This document shows, piece by piece, positions 9,550 through 23,126 of a stretch of 64,000 nucleotides of DNA. Origin of the DNA: an uncultured Solirubrobacterales bacterium (GTDB taxonomy: Bacteria > Actinomycetota > Thermoleophilia > Solirubrobacterales > 70-9); contig CAVXGF010000005.1 in assembly GCA_963761215.1 (NCBI GenBank), forward strand, positions 353,127 through 417,126. The letters are read 5' to 3'. How positions within the stretch are numbered: the stretch's first letter is position 1; every line of letters starts with the position of its first letter. The position numbers and the translations under genes were made by a program. The notes under the pieces were generated by a model. The model was not told the origin of the DNA, did no database searches, and saw only the letters and a program-made list of their open reading frames with translations.

Positions 9550-10194
9550 CTATTGCGCGCCGCGGGAGCCCCCGCCCGGCGAGCCGGCGCCGAGGGCGCG
9601 CTCGACGAAGGGGTCGAGCAGGTCGGCGACGGCGGAGGCGGTCGTCCCCGGCGTGGTTCCCGGCGCGGTGATGTGGCTGATCGCGAGCCTGACCAGGGAC
9701 TCGGAGAGCAGCGCGACCTCGGCCTCGCGCGCCCGCGGCCAGCCCTCTTCGATCACCGCCGCGAGCCGTGCCGTGGCCCAGGCCACGACCGGCATCCCCT
9801 GGGTGGTGACGAAGGGGAGCATGCCGCCGGTGCCGTCGTCGCTGAGCAGGATGCGGATCAGCGGGTCCTCGCCGGCGGTGCGCAGGAACAGCTCCAGGGC
9901 CGCTTCGATCGCCGCCCGCGGATCGTCGAGGTGCTGGCGGACCGCCGCCTCGACCTCGTCGAGGAAGCGCTCGCCCTCGTGGATCACGAAGGCGAGGCCG
10001 AACTCGTTGCGGTTGCCGAACTCGTTGTAGAGCGTCTGGCGGCTGACGCCGGCGGCGGCGGCGATGTCCGACATCGTGATCTGCGACCAGGGGCGCTGCT
10101 CGAGCTGGTCGCGGGCGGCGCCGAACAGCGTCTCGCGCAGCAGCTCGCGGGCAGCCTGCTGGTAGGGGGTTCTGGCGCCGGCCATCGCCCCCAT
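9550..10194 (-). CDS. TetR-family transcriptional regulator (AlkU-like position downstream of alkB-rubredoxin)
   Basis: HTH segment WSQITMSDIAAAAGVSRQTLYNEFGNRNEF. I chose the start at the ATG at 10194 (MGAMAG...), inside ORF 9550-10296. Confidence 0.8.
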   Translation of the reverse strand: MGAMAGARTPYQQAARELLRETLFGAARDQLEQRPWSQITMSDIAAAAGVSRQTLYNEFGNRNEFGLAFVIHEGERFLDEVEAAVRQHLDDPRAAIEAALELFLRTAGEDPLIRILLSDDGTGGMLPFVTTQGMPVVAWATARLAAVIEEGWPRAREAEVALLSESLVRLAISHITAPGTTPGTTASAVADLLDPFVERALGAGSPGGGSRGAQ

Positions 10195-10211
10195 CGTCGC
10201 AGCGGCCGCGG

Positions 10212-10382
10212 TCAATCGTCCCCGGCCGGCTCGAAGTCGACCTTGTCGCGCACGCCGCAGTCCGGGCAGGCCCAGTCCTCGGGCACCTGCGACCACGGGG
10301 TCCCCGGCGGGAAGCCCTCGCGCGGGTGGCCGGCCTGCTCGTCGTAGACGTACCCGCAGGCCGGGCAGGCCCAGCGGCTCAT
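10212..10382 (-). CDS. rubA: rubredoxin
   Basis: 56 aa, MSRWACPACGYVYDEQAGHPREGFPPGTPWSQVPEDWACPDCGVRDKVDFEPAGDD, with two CxxCG knuckles. ATGA overlap with the alkB stop. Confidence 0.9.
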   Translation of the reverse strand: MSRWACPACGYVYDEQAGHPREGFPPGTPWSQVPEDWACPDCGVRDKVDFEPAGDD

Positions 10383-11592
10383 GCTCGGCTCCGGGGCTCG
10401 GCGGCGTGGCGGGCGAGGACCTGGGCGCGCTTGCGGGGGTGGATGTTGGCGCGGGTCACCTCGCCGCCGAAGTGGTCGAGCAGGCGCGGGTCCATCACCC
10501 GGCGCCAGAGCGGCGGGAACCAGGCGAGGACGATCATCCCCGCGTACCCGGTCGGCAGCTGCGGCGCCTCCTCGACGTGGCGCAGCGCCTGGTAGCGGCG
10601 GCGTCGGGTTGGCGTGGTGGTCGGAGTGGCGCTGGAGGTGGTAGAGGAGGACGTTGGAGGCGACGTTGTTGCTGTTCCAGCTGTGCTCGGGCCGGCAGCG
10701 CTCGTAGCGCCCGTCCTCCCTGCGGGCGCGCAGCAGGCCGTAGTGCTCGAGGTAGTTGACGACCTCCAGCAGCGAGAACCCGAGCACAGCCTGCAGCGCC
10801 AGGTAGGGCAGGACGACCGGGCCGAAGGCGAGGGCGAGCGCGGCGAAGAGGCCGACGGTCATCGCCCAGGCGGTGAGGATGTCGTTGCGCGGGCCCCAAT
10901 GGGAGGCGCCCACCCGGTCCAGGCGCGCCGTCTCGATCCCCCAGGCGGAGCGCAGGCTGCCGGCGACGGTGCGCGGCAGGAAGGCCCAGAAGCTCTCGCC
11001 CAGGCGCGAGCTCGCCGGGTCCTCGGGGGTGGCGACGCGCACGTGGTGGCCGCGGTTGTGCTCGATGAAGAAGTGCCCGTAGCCGGTCTGGGCGAGGGCG
11101 ACCCGGCTGAGCCAGCGCTCGGAGCTCTCGCGCTTGTGGCCGAGCTCGTGCGCGGTGTTGATCGCGACCCCGCCGACCACGCCGACGGTGAGCGCCAGCC
11201 CGACGCCTTCGGGCAGCGAGAGATCGCCGCTCCCCCACAGCCAGCAGGCGAGCACCAGCCCCGCGTACTGGATCGGGATGAAGAGGTAGGTGCACCAGCG
11301 GTAGTAGCGGTCCTGCTCGAGCCAGCGCAGCACGCTGTCGGGCGGGTTGCTCGCGTCGACGCCCGACCGCGATGTCGAGCAGCGGGAAGCCGACGAAGAC
11401 GAGCACCGGCCCGAGCAGCCAGAAGCCACCGAACCCGGTCAGCTCGACCCCGCCCCAGGCCCCGAACGGCGCCAGCGGCACGACGATCCCCAGCAGCCAC
11501 GCGTACCGCTTCGGGTCCCGCCACCCGGCCGGGTTGACCTCCACCTCCTCGTGGTGGTGATCACGATGGCCCTGCTCGAGATGCGCCTCCAT
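10379..11592 (-). CDS. alkB: alkane 1-monooxygenase (AlkB, integral-membrane di-iron hydroxylase); two frame changes (near 11355 and 10598)
   Basis: All signature boxes are present after stitching: HELGHK, EHNRGHH, NYLEHYGL, LQRHSDHHA. The start MEAHLEQGHRDHHHEE at ATG 11592 is preceded by AAGGAGGG. The C-terminus ...RRYQALRHVEEAPQLPTGYAGMIV... lies in a third frame. Confidence 0.85.
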
Positions 11593-11600
11593 GCCGCCCT

Positions 11601-11658
11601 CCTTGTCAAATCTTCCTCGTTCGTCGGAAAGTTTTACAAGGATTCCCAGTAATGTCAA
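11601..11658 (-). promoter_or_regulatory. candidate alkB promoter and operator: TTGACA, a TAAAAC-like -10, and a 9/10 inverted repeat bracketing the -10 and the RBS
   Basis: The minus strand reads TTGACA(11658-11653)-16 nt-TAAAAC. The arms CCTTGTAAAA (11641-11632) and TTTGACAAGG (11610-11601) are inverted repeats 21 nt apart. This is the least GC-rich stretch nearby. Confidence 0.35.
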
Positions 11659-11819
11659 GCAGAATGCCACCGAGGCTCGCCGAAGCACTGAGCGCACTGA
11701 GAGCCGGATACCGGCCAAGACTGCGCTTCGTGTCGCGCGCAGGCGCTCAGGCAGACACGCAATCGATCGGCGGACCCGGCAGCGCGGCTGCGTCCCGAGG
11801 CATGCCTGGGTCCACGCGT

Positions 11820-12044
11820 CTAGATCTTGAGCAGGACGAAGGTGTTGACCACGAAGAGGATCGCGACGAAGACGGTGGCGCGGTCGAGGTTGCGCTCGAC
11901 CATCGAGCCGCCGCCGATCGAGCTGCCGCCGCCGCCGATGCCGAAGGCGCCGGAGAGGCCGGCGTCTTTGCCCGAGTGCAGGAGCACCAGGAAGATCAGA
12001 ACGACGGCGATGCCGACCTGAAGGATGCCGAGAACCGTGTACAC
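11820..12044 (-). CDS. secG: preprotein translocase subunit SecG
   Basis: 74 aa, MYTVLGILQVGIAVVLIFLVLLHSGKDAGLSGAFGIGGG...RNLDRATVFVAILFVVNTFVL. This is the typical SecG two-helix pattern. Confidence 0.85.
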   Translation of the reverse strand: MYTVLGILQVGIAVVLIFLVLLHSGKDAGLSGAFGIGGGGSSIGGGSMVERNLDRATVFVAILFVVNTFVLLKI

Positions 12045-12054
12045 GCGGGCAATT

Positions 12055-14559
<2,505 letters not shown>

Positions 14560-14567
<8 letters not shown>

Positions 14568-14963
14568 TGCTCTTGGTCGTGTACTTCGAGGGGCACTTCG
14601 TGATCAGGGTTTCCGGTTCGCCGACGAAGGTGCCACTCCTCATCGCGCCGGTGAGGACGATCTCACGGCCGCCCCGGAAGGGGTCGGGGACGGTGCCGGT
14701 GTAGGTGACCGGGAGGCTGCGGCTTTCGCCTTCGCGGTCCTCGACGCGGAAGGCGATCGCCGTTCCCCCGGTGCTCGATCGAGCCCGGGCACGACGCGGC
14801 CCGTCATCTCGTAGCTGGTGCCGGGGGCGGCGCCGAACAGCTGCGAGGGCTCCTTCGCCTCGGTCGAGGCCGAGAAGGAGGTGTAGATCAGCGCCACGCC
14901 GAGCAGCACGGCGACGCTGAGCGCTATGACCAGGCGGATCGTCCGCTTGCGCTGGGGGTCCAC
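14560..14963 (-). CDS. ccmE: cytochrome c maturation heme chaperone CcmE, CXXXY variant; one frame change near 14790
   Basis: MDPQRKRTIRLVIALSVAVLLGVALIY (membrane anchor), then ...YEMTGRVVPGS...AIAFRVEDREGESRSLPVTYTGTVPDPFRGGREIVLTG..., ending ...TLITKCPSKYTTKSNG. I read the CPSKY codons directly at 14580-14594. 8-nt overlap with the ccmF start. Confidence 0.8.
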
Positions 14964-15028
14964 GGCGCCCCCGATTATCGCAAGCCGCGGCCCCAGACGG
15001 CGGGCCGAGGTCTGACAGAATCGCCGCC

Positions 15029-15740
15029 GTGAGCACGAGCGAGCAGCCGGTCCTGCTGATCACCGGCGCCAGCAGCGGCATCGGCGCCGCGACCGCGCGC
15101 GCGGCCGCCGCCGGGTACCGCCTCGTCCTCGCCGCGCGGCGGCGAGGAGCAGCTCGAGCAGCTGGCGGCGGAGCTGGGCGGCCCCGAGCGGGCGCTCGCG
15201 GTGCGCTGCGACGTCACCGAGTGGGAGCAGGTGCGAGGCGCTGGCCGCGACGCGCGCTCGAGCGCTACGGCCGGATCGACGCGGTCTTCGCCAACGCCGG
15301 CTTCGGCGCGACCCGCGGCTTCCTCGAGGAGTCGGTCGAGCATTGGCGCTCGATGGTCCTGACCAACGTCTACGGCGTGGCGCTGACGATCCGGGCGACC
15401 CTCCCCCACCTGCTCGAGCGCGGCACGGCCACTACCTCATCACCAGCTCGGTCGCCGGGCGCCGCGCGCTCCCGGGGTCGCTCTACTCGGCGACCAAGTT
15501 CGCGGCGACGGCGATCGGCGAGTCGCTGCGGGCCGAGCTGCGCCAGCTGCGCGAGAACAGCGGCGATCAAGGTGACGCGTGATCGAGCCGGGAATGACCG
15601 ACACCCCGTTCTTCGAGAACCGCCCGAGCGACGCGCTTGCGCGACGCCGACATCGCCGAGGCCGTGATCTACGCGCTCGGCCAGGGCCCGGGCGTCGACG
15701 TCAACGAGATCCTGATCCGGCCGACGCGCAGCCCTCCTAG
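15029..15740 (+). CDS. short-chain dehydrogenase/reductase (SDR); several frame changes
   Basis: VLLITGASSGIGAATA (TGxxxGIG), NAGFG, SSVAGRRALPGSLYSATKFA (S...YxxxK) and IKVT.IEPGMTDTPF are found in successive frames. Stop TAG 15738-15740 in the ...RPT.AQPS frame. Confidence 0.7.
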
Positions 15741-15749
15741 AGGGCCGCC

Positions 15750-16781
15750 TCAGCGCGGGCCGAGCAGCGCGGTGACCAGCCGCCAGTAGCCGCGCAGGAG
15801 GAGCCCTGGCGGGCAGCGAGCGGGCCGGCGGGGGGATGAACGGGGAGTCGAGGTCGGGGGTCAGCCAGGCGGCGAACTCGGCGCTGCCGACGGCGCGGGC
15901 GCGCTGGATCCGCCGCCGCTCGACGAGCAGGCGCGGCAGCCAGCGCAGCGCTTCCAGGTTGCCGGCGAGCTTCTGCCCGCCCCAGCCGCGGGCGCCGGAG
16001 ACGACGAGCAGGGCGAGCTCGGTCGCCACCAGGCCCGGGGATCAGCAGGAGCAGCAGCCGGGCGGGATAGACGCGCACGAGGATCGCCAGCCGGTTGCGC
16101 TCCAGCCAGCGCCACTTGTGCTCGCGCGCGCCGAACTCGTAGTCGTGGTCGACCACGGCGCTCGGCTCGATGCCGAGCGCGTCGCCGCGCAGCCGCAGGC
16201 GCAGCGAGAGGTCGACGTCCTCGTGGTAGAGGAAGAAGCGCTCCTCGAAGCCGCCGACTTCGCGCCAGGTCCGCAGCGGTATCGCCATGCAGGCGCCCGA
16301 CATCGAGACGACCTCGCTCGGCGGCGGCGCCTCGCCGATCGGCTCGCCGTGGCGACCGGCCCAGACGATGCCGGTGAAGTGGACGGGATTGCCGGCGGAG
16401 TTGATCTCGCTCCCCCCCGCCTCGGCGACCAGCGCCTGCCAGGCCGCCCAGCCGCGGCCCTCGAGCCAGGGCCGGCGGATCGCCTCGCCCCAGCCGGGGC
16501 GCGGCGCGGCGTCGGGGTTGAGGATGACCAGGAGGTCGCCGCGGGCTTCCGCCGCGCCGGCGTTGCAGCCGGCGGCGAAGCCCACGTTGCGGCCCATCCG
16601 GACCAGGCGCGCGGCCGGCACCTCGGCCTGGACGAGCTCTCGCGGTCCCGTCCTCGGAGGCGTTGTCGACGACGATCAGCTCGTCGTCCGGGGCGCAGCT
16701 CCCGGCGCAGCGCCGCAGCGTCTTCGGCAGCTCCTCGCGGCTGTTGAAGGCGACGATCAGGACTGAGAGCGACGGGCGCAC
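15750..16781 (-). CDS. family-2 glycosyltransferase (rhamnosyltransferase-like); several frame changes; 3' end uncertain (15737 or 15750)
   Basis: MRPSLSVLIVAFNSREELPKTL...ELIVVDNASEDGT...GRNVGFAAGCNAGA...LLVILNPDA...GACMAIPLRTWREVGGFEERFFLYHEDVDLSLRLRLRG is read across ORFs 15861-16781 and 15737-16621. Confidence 0.75.
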
Positions 16782-16849
16782 CGACGCGGAGGCTATTCGG
16801 CCCTCCGCGCCGGTGCAGGACTTTCCGCCGCCCGGCGCCCGCGCCCCGC

Positions 16850-19800
16850 CTACTTGCTGTGGTGCTTTTGGGACCCTTCTTGTGGTGCTTGCGAACCTTC
16901 TTGTGCCGCTTGCAGGACACGATGTTCAGCGGCAGCCTCGGGTTGGTGGCCCTCCTCCCGTTCTGCCCCTTGATCGCGAGCACGGCGCGCTGCTTGCGCT
17001 TGCAGGTGTTGGTCGAGTTGACCAGCAGGCTCTTGCGACCGCCCCGCATGTTGAGCACGAACTTCGTCACCGGCGCGTCCGGGACCGACTTCGAACACGG
17101 TCCGCAGCCCGCCGTGCCTGGAGCCGACGGTGCCGTGCAGCTGGATCTCGACCTGTCCCTGCAGGTCGGCGACCAGGTCGGGCAGTTCGTGCCCGGAAGG
17201 CACCAGGTAGACCGGCCCCCTCAGCGGTTCGGCGAGCAGCGGCGAGACCGCTTCCGCATGGCCGTAGACCGAGGCGGCCGGGCAGGTGTGCGTGGCCAGT
17301 TTCGGGTTCGTGCAGACGGTCCCGATGTGACCCTGTTCGAGGAACAGCGAGTGCGGCAGGGTCAGCGCCGTGCGGCTGATGTTCGCGTCGCCCGGGCGCG
17401 CCACGCAGCGACCGCCTGCAGGCGGGGGTAGTGGGCCCGGGTCGTCGGCCCGAACAGGTTCACCCGCAGCCTCGGCTTGAAGCCGAGCTTGCCGCATTCG
17501 GCGGCCTGGAAGGGCACGTTGAACGCGTAGGAGCTGAACGCCGACGGGTCGGCCGGGTTGGCGCCGCCGCCGCCGAGGCTGCCGGCGGTCGCGCCCGGTT
17601 CGCAGTTGGTCGGGTTGACCATGAACTGGCTGCGATCGATGTTGAAGTCGATCGAGCGCAGGTCCAGCTTGACGCCGCCGAAGACGTCGGGGATGACGTC
17701 GGAGACGGCGCGGATCTGGGCGGTGATCGGGTTGACGTTGAGCGCGACCCGCACGACCACGGTGCCGAGGTCGAACGGGCCCTGCAGCGCCGGCGTGACC
17801 ACGACCAGCGAGATCGGCGCGCCCTTGTAGGGGCCGGCGAGGTAGACCTTGCCCGGCAGCTCGATCGGAGCCGGGCCGGTGCCCGCAGCGGTCGACGGTG
17901 GTGCCGACCATGCTCGCCGCCGGGCAGCTCGGGCTCGCCTGCTCGGCGTTGCCGCCTTGCCCGCCGCGGCGGCGATCGCCGCCTCCGGGCAGTAGGGGAT
18001 GCCGGCGAGCTTGCCGCTCAGCGCCCTTGGGCAGGGTCACGTCGACCAGCTTGACCTCCTGCTGGCCGTCGGCGCGGCCGATGTGGACGCGGAAGGGGCT
18101 GTAGCGAGCCCGCCAGCATGCTGTCGGAGTGCGCCGTGTAGGCCGGCAGGAAGCGGCGCTGGGCCAGCGTCCCCGGGCAGGCGCCGCCGCCGGGGTCCGA
18201 GGTCAGGCTGAATTCGTCCGACGGCGTCTTGGTCGCGGCGGGCGCCGACCACGGTTCCAGCGTGCTCGTCGTTTCCGCCTTGGCGCAGGTCGGCGGGCTG
18301 CTCAGCACGCTCTTGGCGCCGTCGAAGCGGAGCTTCACCGATTCGAACGGCACCTGCGGCAGGCCTTTCGGCAGCGGCCCGGCCAGCGGCCCGGTCTCCT
18401 GTTCGTCGAAGGTCGCGGTCAGCTGCCCGGTCTTCGGGTCGGCGCGACGTTGCCGATCAGGCGCACGACGATGCCGAGGCCTCGCTCTTGGCTTCGACCA
18501 GGATGCGGAACTCTTCGCCCGAGGCCGGGTCCGAGCTCTGCTGTTCGCCGACGTAGATGTCGCCGGCCAGCGGGTCCGAGAGCACCGGCGTGACGATTTC
18601 GGCGTGCCGATCACCGAGGCCGGCGGGACAGGTGTTGTTCTTGACCCGTTCGCCCTTCGCGAACTCGGATTCGGTGCAGGCGACCAGCCCTTCGGCGCCG
18701 GAGGGGTTGAGGCCCAGCCCGGCGGGCAGCGTCAGCTTGGCGCTGCGCAGGTGCGACTGCGAGATGTCGCTGCCGCCGGCGCTCGGGTACTTCGAACGGG
18801 ACGTCCGTGCGTCACCGTCGCAGCGGCGCGGCGAGTCGACCAGGTTGGTGCCGGGCGCCGACCGAGATCGAGGGGTCGAAGGGGACGTCGTCGCATCCTT
18901 CTGGAGTTCTCGCCTGCCGGCAGCGTCGCCTCGACTCGGCGTCGAGCCCGCCGGGAAGTCCGGGTTCGGGAGCGCCGTAACGAGTGCGGCGCGGAACCAG
19001 GTCGAGTAGAGGTGCTCGAAGCCGGGCGCTTCGTGGTCGAAGCAGGTCGTCGGGTCGGTGATGTAGGTGCCGTCGCCCGATTCGGCCGAAGTTGATCAGG
19101 CGGCTGATCAGGGTGGAGAGGCCCGGCACGTCCGGCGGCGTGCTCTCGATCGTGAAGCTCTCGTGGAAGTCGCTCTCCCACGAGACTTCGGTCCGCAGCA
19201 GGACGACCTTTTCAGGCCGACGACGAAGCCGAAGAGCGCCGGTTCGCCGGCCTGGGGCACCAGGTTGTAGACCGGGACGTCGCTGATCGCCGGGGTCGGC
19301 GGCTCGGCGGGGATCGGCGGGACGACGAAGCCCTTTGGGAGAACCATGCGCTCCGGGGTCGCCCCGTCGGCGTTGGTGACCAGGGTGAGCTTCTCTTCTC
19401 CGACCATCGTGTCCGTGCGCGCAGGCCGGGATGATCCCACGTCCGGGACGAGCCTCGGTCAGGTCGGTGAGCGTGCACTTGGACGCGGTCGCCTCCGGGT
19501 TGACGGTCAGGCCGGGCGGCAGGTCGACCCGAGCGTCTTGATCGACGGTCGTCGAGCGGTTCGATGATCGGCGCCCGAAGGTCCCACTTCCGGGCGCGCT
19601 GCGTGAAGGGTTCGTGCTGGATCGATGTACTGCGTGAAGCCCGTCCGGCGGGTGGCCGCCGGCCGGTGTTGAAGAAGCGCGCGGTCGGTCGTCGGATCAG
19701 CACTGTTCCCCGCTGCCGGGCCGTCTTTGATGCAGGTCCCGGCCTGCCAGCCGTCCGCCGCCGTCGCCGGCGTGTTCTGCGCTTCGATGATGTCCCGGGT

Positions 19801-19881
19801 ATCCGCCTGTGCGGCGACCACGAACGCGAACAGCAGCAAGCCCAACGCCAGCGTCGCCACGGCGATCGAACGCCTGTACAT
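16850..19881 (-). CDS. large secreted protein of unknown family, paralogue A (~1010 codons, many frame changes)
   Basis: GGAGG then ATG 19881, with signal peptide MYRRSIAVATLALGLLLFAFVVAAQA. Stitched motifs are collinear with 20016-22854 (see findings). It ends in the basic tail ...CKRHKKVRKHHKKG..KHHSK, stop 16850. Confidence 0.6.
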
Positions 19882-19971
19882 ACGTCCCCTCCTCTAAACG
19901 CTGTCGGACAAGCCGCCGCCCTGCGCGGCTCCCGATTCGTCTCCACAGCGTCTCCCGCGGAGGACGTAGCT

Positions 19972-20000
19972 GGTCGCCCGACCGGATATTCCGGGCGACC
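19972..20000 (-). terminator. 9-bp GC hairpin between the two giant paralogues (no U tract)
   Basis: GGTCGCCCG (19972-19980) pairs with CGGGCGACC (19992-20000) around an 11-nt loop. It lies just downstream of the paralogue B stop. Confidence 0.35.
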
Positions 20001-20015
20001 GAACGTCCGTCCAGC

Positions 20016-22854
20016 TCAGGCGCGCGGGCGGTGCCCCCGCCCGTGTGCCGTCCTGCGGTGGTGGGCCTTGCGGTGGCGCTCTGTGCCTGCACGGCGTCGC
20101 CAGGACGCTGGTGGCGGTTGGCCGTCTTCCCGTTCTGGCCTTTGAGCTGGACGATCGCCCGCACCGGCTTGCGCGCAGAGGTTGGTCGAGGCTTCCAGCA
20201 GGCCGTGCCTGCCGCCGGGCAGGATCATCACGAACTTCGAGACGGGCACGTCGGGGACGGTGTCGAAGGTGGTCCGGATCCCGCCCCGGTAGCTGTCGAT
20301 CCGGCCGACCAGGTCGATGTCGACCTGGCCCGCGAGGTGGGCGACCAGGTCCGGGAGTTCGTGGTCGGAGGAGCGCAGGAAGACCGGGCCTTCGAGCGGT
20401 TTGCCGAGCAGCGGCGTGTACGCCCTGGCGAAGCCGTAGACGGAGTTCTTCGGGCATTCGTTGGCGGCGAACTTGACCCGCGTGCAGACTTTCGCCGAGG
20501 CTCGACTGGTCGAGGAAGAGGGCGTGCGGGCAGCGCGACCGAGGCGCGGGCGATGTTGGCGTCGCCCGGCCGGGCGATCAGCACCGCGCGCAGTTTCGGG
20601 TTGCTCGCGCGGTGGGTCTTGCCGTAGAGGCGCAGGCCCAGGCGGGGGTGGAAGGGGAGCCGGCCGCAGCCCTTCAGCCGGAACGGCGAGGAGACCGGGA
20701 CGGCGCTAGGCCGCCGGGTCGGTCGGGTCGGCGCCGCCGCCCAGGATCGTGCCGGCGGTCGCCCCCGGGCCGGCAGTTGGTCCCGTTGAGGGCGAATTCC
20801 TTGCGGTTGACGTTGACGAAGACCGAGCGGACGTCGAGCTTGGCGCCGCCGAAGACGTGCGGGGATTTCGGCGACCGGGTTGATCTGCGCGGTTTCCGGG
20901 TCGAGGTTGAGCGCGACCTGGACGACGACCGCGCCGAGGTCGAACGGCCCGGCGAGCGCCGGGGTGATCACGACCAGGGAGATCTTCGCGCCCCTGGTAC
21001 GGGCCGGCGAGGTAGACCTTGCCGGGAATCTCGATCGGCGAGCTGCCGCTGCCGGCCTGCGACCGTGGCGACGCCGATCTGGCTGTTGTCGGGGCAGCTC
21101 GGGTTGCGCTGCTCGTTCGCGCCCGCGCGTTCGGCCGCCGCGGCGATCTCCTTGGCCGTGCAGTAGGGCACGCCCGCGAGCTTCGCCGTCGCCCCTGCGC
21201 GGCAGGACGACGTTCACCCCTTTCAGCTCCTGCTGGCCGTCGGAACGGCCGATGCGGGCGACGAAGGAGGTGAAGTCGAGCGGCGTTTCGGTCGTCGCCC
21301 TGGCGTTGAAGCTCGGCCCGAAGGGCCGTTCGGCCAGCGATTTCGCGCACCCTCCTCCGCCTGGCGCGTTGGTCAGGGTGAAGCTGTTCGAGGGGGTCGC
21401 GACCCGGTCCAGGGCCCAGGCGGTCATCCGCGTCGTGGTCGTGTTCGGGCCGCAGGTCGGCGGGCTCGTGAGCGTGCCCTTGGCGCCGTCGAACTGGAGC
21501 TTGAAGGAGCTGAACGGGACCTGCGGCAGGCCGCCGTGGGCGGGATCGTCGAAACTCGCGGTGAGCCGGCCGGTGAGCGGGTCGGCGACCACTTCGCCGA
21601 GCAGGCGGACGTAGACGCCGTAGCGGGGCGATTCGGCGTTGACGAAGATCCGGTACTCCTTGCCGCTGAGCGGGTTGCGGCTGAGCTGTTCGCCGAGGTA
21701 GACGGTGCCCGGCAGCGAGCCGGCGGGGAGCACGGGCGTTTCGATCGAGACGGTGCCGATCTTGGAGGCCGCGGGGCACCCGATCGGCGGTGGGTGGACG
21801 CCGGCCGGGTCGGTGGTGCGGCTCAGATCGCCGATCGCCTTGCCCTTGCCGAACTGCGCGTCGGTGCAGAACTTCAGCTTGTTCGCCGCGGCCGGGTTCA
21901 GGCCCATGCCGTTCGGGAGGCTGACTTCGGCCCGTTTGACGTTCGACTGGCCGATCGCCGCGGAGGCCTGGAACGGCACGGTGGCGGTCACCGTCGGACC
22001 GGTCGGCGAGTCGGTCTGGTTGGTGCCCGGGGTGACCGAGATGCCCGGGTTGAAGGGGACTTCGCCGCAGCCGGTCGGGTGGATCCTTCGGGCCGACCGG
22101 GACGATCGGCGTCGTGTCGTAGTGGAGGAAGCTCCCCGGGATTCTCGTGCGAGTCGACCGTGAGGCCGGTGGTGGTCGAGCCGCTGCAGTTGCTGCCGAC
22201 GGTGATGAAGCTGCCGTTGCCGGCCGTGCCCTTCGAAGATGAGCCGGTTGCGCGCGAGCGGCACCGAGTTGGGGATTTCGCGGATCGTGAAGCCCTCGTG
22301 GTAGTCGCTCTCCCAGTTGACGCTGCCTTCGAGGAAGATCGAGATGTCGAGCAGCAGCGGGACGTTGAGGCGGAAGCCGAACTCGGCCGGCTCGCCCTGT
22401 TTGGGCACGACGTTGTAGACGGTCGTGGAGACCGGGACCGCGACCAGGCCGAGCAGGTTGAACGCGGTCGCTTCGACCGTCCCGACTTTGGAGGCGCGCG
22501 GGCAGGAGCCGCTCGCGACCTGTCGCCTCGGTGCACTGGGCGCTGGTCGCCTCGGGGTTGACGCTGAGGCCCGGTGGGCAGGTCGACCCGAACGTCCTTG
22601 ACCGAGCCTTCGGGCAGCCCGAGCGCCGTTGGCGTTGAAGGTGAAGTCGGTGATCCCGAAGGGCGGGCGGCCGGCGAGCTGGGTGAAGAAGCGCCGATTC
22701 GGAGCTGCCGTAGTTGCAGTTGGAGACTTTGCAGGTGCCGGCTTCCCATTTGCTGACGCCGAAGGCGGCGGACGCGGCTCGACGGCGCCGCGCTCAGCGC
22801 CGAGCGCCGCGCGAGGGCGGCCATCGCCGCGAGGACTCCGGACCTGCGGGTCAT
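20016..22854 (-). CDS. large secreted protein of unknown family, paralogue B (~945 codons, many frame changes; stop at 20016 chosen by analogy to A)
   Basis: AGGAGG then ATG 22854: MTRRSGVLAAMAALA...AASAAFGVSKWEAGTC. The long readable stretch in ORF 20228-23086 includes GEPAEFGF, WESDYHEGFTI and GPFDLGAVVVQVALNLDPETAQI. The C-terminal part ECPKNSVYGF...HELPDLVAHLAGQVDIDLVGRIDSYRGGIRTTFDTVPDVPVSKFVMILPGGRHGLLEASTNLC was read directly. Confidence 0.6.
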
Positions 22855-23096
22855 TCTCTCCTCCTTCTGGTTCCCTGGACCGGCCTCGTCCCACCGAGGC
22901 CTCGCTGGCGCCGCCCGTACCCGATTGCACGAGATGCCAGTCACGTTCCCCGGTCCGGGTGCGCCATCGCCGCCGCGACCGCTCCGCGGGGGATGCGGGG
23001 CGGCCGCGGCGGGATGGCCACTGCCGGGGAGAGACGGCCCCATGGAAGGGGCCTGAGATGAAGGATTGTCGGCTACCAGACAACAATTCGTGTCTT

Positions 23097-23126
23097 ACCG
23101 TACCCGATTTTAATGAGAGATGTCAA
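23097..23126 (-). promoter_or_regulatory. candidate promoter for paralogue B inside an AT-rich divergent intergenic region shared with the ArsR-like gene
   Basis: The minus strand reads TTGACA (23126-23121)-18 nt-TACGGT (23102-23097). The surrounding 23085-23140 (ttaatgagagatgtcaatattttttgg) is by far the most AT-rich stretch nearby. Confidence 0.35.
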
